49,686 nucleotides of DNA from Phoronis australis. Lineage: Eukaryota; Animalia; Phoronida. A program made the position numbers and the translations under genes. The notes under the pieces were generated by a model. That model did no database searches, was not told where the DNA came from, and saw only the letters and a program-made list of their open reading frames with translations. Each line of letters begins with the position of its first letter. Within the stretch, counting starts at the first letter, position 1. Shown piece after piece: positions 24,601 to 36,600 of this stretch. The stretch is taken from the NCBI GenBank assembly GCA_002633005.1, contig NMRA01000060.1, positions 113,740 through 163,425 of the forward strand. Reading direction: 5' to 3'.

Positions 24601-27600
24601 GTGATCTCGTGTTTTGTTTTTAATTCACCCACTTTCCACCGTGGAAGACGGACATAAAGATTCGGTCAATAAAATAAACCATTCATTCCAGCACTCTCAC
24701 TTAGCACTAGTTTACAGAGTCAGTAGTCTGGGAGAGAGAGCACTGAACTGATCACCGAAAGATACACGATTTAAATGTCACGTACACCAAGGATTCCAAA
24801 AATACTTATATTGACACCATGAGTGTATCACATATGAAAAAATAAGATTGCAAGTTGTATGGTACACGCTGTACCAGGCGTGCGCAGGCCGCTCAGGTGG
24901 GCTCATCGAACTGATCACCTTGAACCAGCTGGAAAACTGACTCAATGGTCTTACAGTGTGCCCTAGTAGGATTTGGATCACCGGTAAAAGAAGTAGGTCG
25001 GCACTTATCCCGTCAGACCACACTTCATCCAGTCTACCAAATTGTAAATACACGTGCTTCTAAAAATGCTGAAACACCTGAAGATAACCGAAGAAAGTAC
25101 CATCCGAAACGTAGTGCCAACGTTTATAGCTCAGTAGAGCTTGGTGAACTACCTGACGCCATTTTAGGAAGTTACAGGTCTGCGGTGTAAGGACTTGGCT
25201 TTATATTTTGTAAAGGTACATGTAATACAAAGATAATTGGTTGATGCCTTTGGGGATTGTGAACGCTTTCCTTGTCTGAGAAAAAAATAAAGGAAATCAC
25301 GAATTGTGCTCGCAAAACTGAAATCGAACAGTAAAATTGTATTAACCTTCTCTGCCCTAATCACAACATTGTGTGCTCGAAAATAGGTACAGCATGCACA
25401 TGACCAACCAATAATGTAGCTCAACAAATAACCGCACATCTGAGTAATAAAAAGAGATCAAAATTAAATTTACTTGTCGTTACAAAACTGGTCTTCAATC
25501 AAAAATCTAATTCAGGGCTTGTGAAAACTGTCACCCTGTTAGTTGAGAAGGTCATATGCGACACATAAGATGACTGGCAGGCACAAATTTGATTTCAAGC
25601 AATAACAAAGTCTCAGTTAACACCAAGCCCAAAAACAACTTCTTATTTAGATAAAGAAAATGTTGGGGACTGTTTTATCGGTAACAGAATTTTTGATAGA
25701 AGAAGCCATCGTTATCTAATACCTTAACATGACGTCACTTTCTGAATTGGTGACGATTGATTGCTGATTTTAACGGTGTTCTCTTCGTTATCTCATTCTA
25801 CATTTAAGCACACCATTACTAAGGTTTCCTTTCTGGCGTAATTTCCCATTAAGGACGTCCTAGTTTGATTGAAAAAATTCTACCTTGCCGTTCTCGACTA
25901 AGTTCGTCAGCATAACCACCACTTGAACATTTTTCTCCCAAATCATCCTCCAAAAGTCATTGACTGTGACTTGAGTCGGACCTGCAAACAATTTGATAAC
26001 TTAATCGCACATATTTAAAATGTGTTTTGAAATGTGTTCTGAAACACAACTCAATGCAATTTAATCGTTTCGCAGTAACATCCATTTCAACATAACACGT
26101 CTTTTTGTGAAAACTGAGTTGCGTTCCTCAAACCACTGACAAAATCAAAATGACAACAAAATGCCTCCTTATCTAGCTTAACACTATAAATAGGAAAGTG
26201 TGTCATCAAGTAAAGCTTTATGAACTGTAGGCAGTCCAGCACTAGCTTGCCTTCCTAAATGTTTATTGTAGACAGGCTACTGCTCCAGTTTGCTTCGTCT
26301 CATACCCCATTTTTCGTACATACATCCAGTAGTAGGTGGCTTTTAGGCGCTGGCTTTGATCACCACCACACATCGCTCGCATCGCCTATGTTTGCGGCGG
26401 CTAGCAGGGAAATAGCTAGTGAGGTCACCCCACCAATTTCGTTTTTCTGTGACTGAAAGCCTTGATTAATTTTCACCAATTTCTAATCAAATAACAAAAA
26501 CTCATCCGATGTTGTTTGACTGCTGCAATCGCAGCTACTAACTTCAGGAAGTCAATCGTACCTGAAATATCCCTTAAGAAATGCGTTTTTGGTCATAAAA
26601 CCGATCGAGTACTCCCTACTAGTACCTTGAGCTGCAATAAACGCAGACGGGCGAGTGTAAGAATCAATGTAAGAAGCGTTGATGTAGGTTGATTGAGGGT
26701 CGTTGTCCACCATCTTTAGCTCAACACGGTTTTTGTCGTCTGGAAAAACAATTGTTATTATGTCATACAGTTCTGACCGGGAGGAAATATTGTTGCAGAT
26801 CGAGTTTCGAAGATGAAAGAAACGTGTGTTGCCCTGTTAGAGGTGGGTGATCATGATAGAATAACAGAAATTCAAACGAACGCTCTTGTACCAGATAAAA
26901 AGCTGTCGCTATCGAAATGAGAGAAAAATGCAAACTTGCTACACAAGCTGAATTTATTCATCTTTAAGATGGATAGATTAGGCATTCATAACCCATGTGC
27001 ATTACGACACACTCAAATTCTCTTTATTACCCTGGTTTTGTTAACAAGAACAATGTGGATCGCTGGAATGCACTAACGACTGCACCCCAAATGAAGTCCT
27101 TCTGGTAGTGTTTAAATATCATAAAATGGCCGTTAGATGACGCAGAATGAGTCGAACCGTACACCGTACAAAATTGTCATCGACTCTCTAAAACAAAAAT
27201 ATGTGCCAAATTACTTGAAAATGTGGCAAGCAACTCCAAAGATAGAGAGGTAGATAAAAACAAATTCTCACTAGGAGACACAGCGGCAGCTGATTCCGTA
27301 TATTTGTTGTCAAGTTAATAGGAAAACACTGTCTTGTCAAATGGTAACCTTGTAAGAGGTTAAGTAGATACAGCGGCAGACGCGAAAAACTGTCACTATG
27401 CATCACCAAAGTAGTTAAGAAAAGCTTGAAACTAAATCCAGGTCAGTTGTCGGTAGGACTACATTTGCCAATTTTATAACGATCCCCTGAGTTGATTGGC
27501 AGATACTGAAGAAGACGACAAAACAAAAAATATTCAAAATGGCCACAAAATCCATCGAACTCATCCCAAAAAATGTGTAGGTTCGTCTTCATAAGAGAAA

Positions 27601-30600
27601 CGTGTATGTCAAATTTCATTAAAAAGCAGCAGCAAAATTAGAAGAAACAGACAAAGTTAAAACAGAAACTGTCCCTTGGGGACCTAGCGATAATCAAGTC
27701 CATCCAAATGGTCGCGGGCGGCCACTGTAACATTTATAGAATAACTTTTGTAAAAGTTGATAAATCTGCTGCAAAGAACTCAAGGGGTACATTCGTGTTC
27801 GCACAAAATACAAAAACCATCACTAAAGGATGCCATAGCTTGTCGGAAAATCAACTGCAAGCATGGTCTTTTCATCGGAAAAATAAGTACAATGATTCAT
27901 AATCATCCTTTGAGCAGTTTGGCTAATAAAGAGGTGGACGTCAAAAAACAACTCGAAAAAATAAAACGCCTTCAGGCTATTTGGTGGCTCAGAGAATGTT
28001 GAATCCGCTCGAGAATGTCGCGCAGTTGCTACCTATTAAACAGAAACCTATTTGCCACATTTCACAAAAATCCATCTTTGAACTTCACACGTGAAAAATA
28101 AAATTAGCACTAGTAGCACAGCTTTAGTCAGATTTGGTGTAAAAATCGACGTCATCCGTTATCATCTCCATAGAAAACCAGTTGCTCAATTTCACAAAAA
28201 TTCCCAAAGGGTTAAGGAGATACAGCCGTAGACGAAAAAAGGAAACAAAATTACAACTACGGGACTCTAGTACACCAAAACGCCTTCCGAAAATTAGCGT
28301 CAGTCACGTTCTTCTCATTACGAACACACCTACCAATTTCCATAATGATTTTTGAGCGGTTCGGCAGATAGAGAGGCGGACGTCAAAAGCATACTAATAA
28401 ATTTGTCTGCATCAAGAAAGTGTCGTGGTCTCCGTTGCAGAGAATTGTTAAATCCCATGAAAACCCAAGGAACTGCTCTAAGATACAGAGGTAAACGTAA
28501 ACAACTAAAATTGCCATTGTTAGGCATGGCAGTAGTTGTCTCCGTCCGAAACTTGTGTTCTGTCGACTGCTCCATGTAAGAACACATCTGCCAAAGCTTA
28601 TTACGGTCATACAAGGAGTTTAGGAGATGAAGTAGCGACACAGGACGACAAACGTCGGGGCGCAGCGCTGAGACAGAGATAAAAAGAACACGCACCCCTA
28701 CATAAACAAGTGGGCACATCAAAATGAACCAGTCTAGGAGCGCGTGTACTTACAGGTAATGATGTTGATGTAGCGATTCTTTTGTTTATTATCTAAATGC
28801 GAGGCTACCTCGTGATCAAAGAGCAAACCAGACGGCAACACCTGATAGAAAAGACATGAAGGTCATACCAGTCAACTTCCTACTAATGAATATAGTAGCA
28901 GAATACATGGAACACAAGCTTTTGTAATAAGAGTAGACTTGAAGAGGAGATAAATTGAGTTAATTTAGAATTTTAAATGCATGTAACTTATATTCCTTTG
29001 AGTTTATTACAATATATAGTGTATTATAAATCACATTGATATTGTATCAAACGTGTCCCTATGTTTCGAATAGACCAGACAAGGATTATCGAAAATAAAT
29101 ATTTTACTACTGTCTGCGTCTGTGCACTTTTCTCTAGATATCGCATCCCAAAGGCGCAGACGGTTTTATGTACATCAAGCCGTAATTTAGCAGGACCAAT
29201 GATGATTATGTAAGAAAGAAATGCATGTGGTGATGTACAAACAGATGCAGGTATTCCGTAAGTGACGAATTACATCTTATCCAATTACTTTAAGAGAGCT
29301 CTCCAATGTGTATCATCTTGTTTACCTTGTATTCGTCCATAAGTTTTCCTGCTCTAAGTCCTGAAGTTACAAAACTCGGCAGATCGTCCAACTGCACGCG
29401 ATTGTTCACATTAGTGTACTCTGCATAACACAGCGACTGACGCTGGTCGTACGACACCGCAACAGAGCAACGTTCTATTTCAGTGTTGGCCTCCATATCT
29501 TGATCGCTCTCTTCTTCGCGTCTGTTTGGAATATCAGTTTTCCTTTCTGACATAGCTACATCGAAGAACATAATTGTGAACGTCATCAGTTTGCTCATAT
29601 ATTTAAAACTTTGTTTCATCGGTGTTCAACTGCCAAAGAATGAAATTGATTTAAGCCATTTAAGCACATAAAATCTTTTTTCTAATATTCTTTACAGTAA
29701 TTCAATTTCTAATAAGTTTCAGCAAGAACGTTAAAATTGTCGCCGGTGGTGTAGCTCAGTGGTGAGAGCACTACACCAGCAATCTAGAGTCCGGTGGTTC
29801 GATTCCCAGTTGGGGAACCTGATTTTTCTGTGTCTATATATTAACTTTGAGTCGCTTGCTCACTGGGTAACAGTCAAAGTCGGATGGGCGTACATGTAGT
29901 AATGTTTTTAAACCCCAAAGAGCGACTGATGTTCTTGCTACTGATGTCGCTCTTCAAGTGCCCATTCCCAAGGTCGAAGGAGGTAGTCATTGAATCGCCT
30001 CGTTGATCTTTGCGACATATCACAGCTAATTAATGGGAACCCCAAAGTCACATGCTAAACACCCGTGAATCAATGGACCTTCCCAAAGAATGTTGTGCAC
30101 ACAGAGCTATCACATCAATGTCCCATGTACTCAATATATTCAGACACCAAAGAGGGTTCATATTTATTAACACCATCTAGTGCATCGTCCATTACGGTAG
30201 GCCGACATGAGCATCCGCTAAAGTTTTAACATTGATGTCCTACCACGGTCTTATTCAATTTAAAACTAAATTGAAATTACAATGTTCGCAGCAATTGGAA
30301 AACCAGACTTAAGTCCAAGAATAAGTAAAAGTGCATACTTTTAAATGTTGTTGGATATATTTCCGAATTCTACACACGGGTATACACTGTATAGTGTCAT
30401 TAAATTCAAACCAGAACTTACCAAAGAGTACTTCGTCAGGACTTTGTTGCCTTTCTCTCTGTAGTCTTCTAATTATGAAACACAAATTGTGAAATGCACT
30501 CAAGCCTTACATTGGATTTTAGAATATTTCGAACTTTTTAAAAGCTTTCAACGTAGTTTCTCAGAAATGGCTTTTCAGAGTCAAATGAAACTTTCAGAAA

Positions 30601-33600
30601 CTTTCATTTATGAGGTGTTTCCAAACCCCAGTTATGAATAGTTTTAAGATTTCCACTGTTTCATGACTCATTGGGTATATTATCACACCAGCAGTATAAA
30701 ACCATTTATATCATAAAAGTGGTAAGTTTATTAATACCGCTGTATTTCTACGAATGCACACTTTTCCATTACCCTAACAAAACTGGTCACGTGACCAGAT
30801 AATGGAATAGCGGTATCAAGAAAAGATCACTTCTGTAACCATTTTACTTTCAGAATAATAACACTCCTCAGCTCTGTAAACATCTGATTAAAGCACAGGT
30901 TTGTCCACAAGTTCCAAAGTAACGTGTCGCTATATCTGACTTAATCAACCAAAATGCATTTCGAAGTCGCTAAAACATTTTGCAGACTAAATGTTTTCCC
31001 CTATGAGTATAGTATTCTAAAATGTACCTGTAAAACAAAAAGCCAACTAATGTGCCGATCAACACAATGGAGGCGGTCACACCGGCAGCAGCTCCAATGG
31101 TCGCAGCACATTCTGCTTTGACTATTTCTTTTACTTCTTTTTCTCGTCGAAAATTTCTCACTGAAAAATATCCGTAGCAACTATACAACTGTGATCAAGG
31201 ATAATTGAGCACTACATAAACGTGGGGAACACATACGTGCAAACACTTTAAAAAGTAAGTATGTTTTAGTGGTTTCATTCAAATGTTGTTTGTGATGCAA
31301 AACAGCATAATTGCTCACGTCTCAAACACGGGCAAACCTGGAGCGTTGACACAACCCAACCTTCCATTAGAAACAATACGTTTGTAGGGGCCACTAGATC
31401 CTGCAGTAGTCGAATCCGCCAGAAAAATCCAATGATGCTGGCGTATTTTCATGTGTGTAAAATTGCATTGAAAACCGACAATTCATTTGACATCATCAAA
31501 AAGCACTCTTCCCTCAAACAACACTTGAAAAGCCCCATGTAGAGTACAAATGGCCAGTAGGAGTCGAAAATCAAATGCTACTGCTGTATGGTCATTACAT
31601 ATCTCCAAGTAAAGTTGCATTGTATTCCGTCAATCGATTCCCTAAATACCATTCGAAAGCACTCTTCCCTCCAAAACAGCATTTGAAAAGCCAAAAGCCC
31701 CTTGTAACGGTGCTGCAGTGGCCGATTCATTAATACCGTCAATCGGATCTCTAGACATCACCCGGAAACGCACTTGCCCAAAGTGTACATCAGGAGGTAC
31801 TGGAGCGGTCGAATCCACAAGAAAATCAAATTTTGCCGACGCATTGACATCATATACAGTACCTATATGTCACGTGTTATTGAACTTCGTCTGTTGGTTC
31901 CCAAGATATCACTCGGGAAAACTCTTACAGAAAATGGTGTATATGTTTTCACACCGTAGGCCTCTGTGTCAAGTTTCATGGCAACCCACAGTTCCCCCAA
32001 AACAACACTGAAATCCCCTTATCGGGAATAAAATTTCCATCAACAGTTGCTGCAGTGATCGAATCCCACCAAAAAATTATTGGTACCAGTGCATTAATAT
32101 CACATATTGTGTCAAGCTTCATTGGCAACCGTCTGTTCGCAGTCTTGATATCATATGAAAACCCTATACCCTAAAAATACTGAAAAACCACGCCCCTGGC
32201 TACACAGAGCGCGGCATACTGAAATGAGGCAATAACCACTGTAGTGATGCCCTAGACCACTGCGCCAGTTACTATCAAAATCCGACCAGGGGCTTTGAGA
32301 TATCGAACTGACACCAGGGCTAGGTGACGTCAATTTGCCACCACATAACAAAAATTAACCCGAGCCGAGAAAAAAATGCTACGTAAACTGTTTTTGCTCA
32401 TCTCTTGGCAACTAATAGCGTTTCAAACCTTATTCACCCTTAAATATTTATGTAAATATTAAATCGGCAAAGAAATATAGATCACAAATATTTTACATGT
32501 AGGTCTGGTCTGCACGCCACATGAACTAATGATCCTAAGTCCGAAAAGATTTCTGCCCCCGACCGGGACTCGAACCCAGGACACGCTGCCAACCGTGCAG
32601 ACGTTCTAGCCATTGAGCCGTAGGGACCACCTGCTAAACACAGAAATCCAGACTTAGAAGTGGGCATCCCGCTGATGAAATCATGAGTATAAATATACGT
32701 GTAAATCTTAAGCTGGCGTGTAAATAGAGACCACTGGCATTTTTAAGTCTGGTGCACATATAGCAGAGGCACCTGGGTTCAAGTCTTGGTAGGGTACAGA
32801 CATCTTTTCGGACATGTGTTCATTAGATGATATGATGCGACCAATAGGTAGCGCGCAGACTTGACTTAAAAATGTTTGTGATCTATATTTCTAGGCCGAT
32901 TTAAGATTTGCACACATATTTACATTCATGATTTCATGACCGGAATGACCACTGCTCAGCATAGTTGGATTTTTGTGTTTTACCGGTGGTCCCGATGGCT
33001 CAATGGCAAGAGCTTCTGCACGCGGACTGCAGGTCTTGGGCTTGAGTCCTGGTCGGGTGCAGATATGTTTTCGGATTTATACTCATTAGGTCATGGGATA
33101 TGTCCAATAAGTGTCGTGCGTACCAGGCTTAAAAATGTTTGTGAACCTATTTACCCTTGCTTGCGTGCTCGTAACGGTAAATGGTCTGAATCGAAAGTTG
33201 TCTTCGTGATGTCACTGCACAAAAAGGCACTACAGGAAAGAGCTGGAAACATAGCATTTCATAAACGCCGATCCTTTACTCTGTAGTTCCACCTCCGAAC
33301 GTGGCATTAGAACTGACAAATATCCTTAATGGACGAGCAATGTATATGTAAAGAGAAAATACCTTCGGTATATGCGTCTCTCGACTTTCCATCCACTGTT
33401 GCGTACTGGCAACGTGTTTTGTTTTCCTGAGGTAAATATTAAGAAAAATCATCGAAAATGACTTGTTCCAAGTAGAATTTGATGCATTACAACCACCAAC
33501 TTAGACTGTTTTGGTACATGTATGGATGTTGCGAATAAACAACTTCTTTACAACAAACGTTAAACTACCTCGTTGAACACGACATCGCTAGTATCATACA

Positions 33601-36600
33601 TGTATGATGCAAGATCAAAGATTGCGAATGAAGACTTTCTGCATGAGAGCCTATAGACTCTACATAGAAATGGTGATGAAAGTTAACGTTACCCCGTCGT
33701 TCGAAGCTGAATAGCCGTACTGGAACCTGTAGAAACTACCTTCCTCGAGTGGTCCATTGAAATATCCACCATATATTTTGTTGTCGCCAATTACAAAATC
33801 CGTTATCCATTCCACGTCAATAGAACTGAGACGAGCAGTAATATAGAATAATTGTCCGAGCTTCTTCGCATTTTTGAAGTCTAGAATTTTAGAATCGTCA
33901 ACAACAGGGTCATTTCTTTTTGTCCTTGAGTCCGATTTCTTTTCCACGATGATTGTGTAATAACTAGAACGACAAATGTGTTACTACTCAAATAATAATT
34001 AAAGGTGGGGAGTGCTTGATACAGAGCAATAATGTAACTGGTACTTGAAACTGACAACTAAAATGTGTTAGTTATCATCGAGCATAGGTTCATTATTACG
34101 GAAAGTAACCAATGTTCAGTGGATTGGTAAATTGTCTTTGACTGTGTAAAATCCCATAAGAAATCTACACAAGTCATTTGGTTACAAGCAACCAATTAAA
34201 GTGGCTACAAATTCAGCTTCCATCACAATCAAAGTTTTGATCGACACCACTAGGAGTTATGAAATTGTTCCGTTGTCAAAGTAGTGGTGATTTCAGGGCT
34301 GGACTGACAGTTGCCGTTTGAGACACATCTATACACGTTTACGTGGCATTTTATCCGCCAAGCACGGTTTTAGTTATGAGACAATGAACTGCCAGTTCAT
34401 TGCAAACTCCGAAGTTACTTTTCACTTAAGTACTAGGAAACAAGCTGAGACCAATTTCACCGCGGTAAGTGTTCTATGTTAAAAATTCACGTAATTGGAA
34501 ACGCTGGTTTATGACCGCATTGATGTCTTTATGTAATATTTGCAACAACCTCTAATCAATTTTTAAATTGGGTTGAAACATCTGTTCTAAATAAATTTGA
34601 AAACGCTACTCATCAAGTCTTTGTTTTCCAAATAAAGCTTAGTGCAAAGTGTGTTGAGTTACTGACTTGACGGTAGTAGCTGGTCCAGTGTTCTAAATGA
34701 ATCACCTGTGAATTTATAGATTAATTGAAAGTGTACGAGTAAAAATGTACGCAAAAACGAGATTGTGAATATATATGTACGGACAATAGCTAACTATCAC
34801 ACAGCTGCTTGAAGCAGAATAAAGCCAACACAAGCAGTACCTGACAAACTGTTGAGGAATGGGAGCTGGTCGAAGTGACATCGTAACAGTAGTCTCCGTC
34901 ATCTTTTGAGTGCTCACGTCAATGCCAGGGGCATCTTGGAGCTCTGGATTGTTGCAAAAATGTTTTGGAAAACATATATTTGATAATGAAGAATATCCGG
35001 CATAGGCAGAAATAGTCGGCAGGTGGCGCTTATCTAGATTTGAATTGACTGTTTTAAATACTAGTGATTTTTGCAGTTTCCAAATAGCGTTCGTAAATGT
35101 TTCATTTTCAGACCCTAAACAGCATGAAGTTATTTTATGTGTAAAATTCCATAGTTATTGGTCAAGGATATTTGCGCCATGAAATGTAAGAATTTCATTT
35201 GATAGAAAAAACACTCGTTTTAATCCACGATAGTTTGATTTATTTCAGCCAGTGTTTTATTGTCTTGGAGTCATCGCTAAAGCTCCACACAAAAGGAGCA
35301 AGACCAAAGATTGTGATGCCGACGGGTTCTGTCTACTAACTTAGGTACATATATGAATGGCAAGTTCTTAAAGAGATCGTGGAGGAAGGAAATAAAAGCA
35401 TGCATTTACTTGCTGGCAAGTTTACAGGTTTTGCCAGTGCAACAGCAAAAGATCGCCTTTGAGAAGGGCGAGCCAGTAGTTTAAAGAAGTGGCGGCATGG
35501 TAACGTGTTTTAATAGTAATGTAATAGTAATAAAAATGATAATGGGTAGCCATATTCGTGCCATGTCAGCCCGGAGGGCATTCCTATAGAAGGGCTAATA
35601 CGAAAAGTAACACCAAAAGGTTTTTTTACAGCAAAATACCACTGGATCGACAGCAGAAAGAATGATTCTCACAGCTTTCCGTTTCCCCATTAAGCCATTA
35701 GTGACATACAGTAGTTGTTTTGCATGAGGCTATAATCATGTTGTTACCCTGATATCGATATTTGTCCTTCTATGTAACTAATAATTGTTACGACTCGCGA
35801 GCCTCAGTTTTGACAACAAACGCCGAAGTTGCCTAACGCTAATAATGATACCAAAGCAACACCTGGGCATTTCAAAATTTCTTTCTGCTAGAGCCCTAAC
35901 TTGAAAAGATCTCTACCAGCTTCATCTCTTTCCAAATTGGAATATTCTTGGTAACAGAAATCAAGGCCTATCATACGAGACCGATTTTATAACAATAAAA
36001 GGCCTAATTCTATTTTTGTTTTTAGCCAGCAAAACTAGTAGTTATGCAGGTTTAAGCGGAAAGAGTATCTTTAAAATCAACTCATTAAAATCAGACACTG
36101 AATTCTGTGCTGGCGTGATATCTGTTCTTTCCTCATATACATGTAATTTCATCTGGACTGTTGACACACTGTAGTCCTTAAAACAAGTGCCGTCATTGAT
36201 GTATAGTTGCTGTGATCTTTCTGATAGTTCTACTGACTGTTGGTCAAGATTGAAGATGGCCTTGATTGCGTGTCCTGATGATGACATATGAGACATCGAA
36301 ACATGTTGAAGTTGAAAAATCTCGTTGTTTTTATTAATATTGTCCCTTACTTTTCTTCGTTGACACCATAAGCATTGTATCTGGTTTCAGGACAGATAAG
36401 ATCAAATTTGATTTTCCAAACGCTAAAAGCTGAGTCATTAATTTTAATTGCGTAAAATGTTGAAAAATTTACAGTGCAACTGCCATTTGAATTATTTGAT
36501 TAAGTGATATATTATCACAACATGGCTCAGAAATGTGGGGTTTTAAGGAGTACGATTGAAAAGGTTCACTTGCTTAAAATTATTCTTGAAGTAGGAACAG

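Noticed and set aside
29742-29815. Functional tRNA gene (also the cassettes at 32550-32630 and 32985-33060)
   Set aside because: A/B boxes are present, but acceptor and anticodon stems do not form; treated as tRNA-derived repeats.
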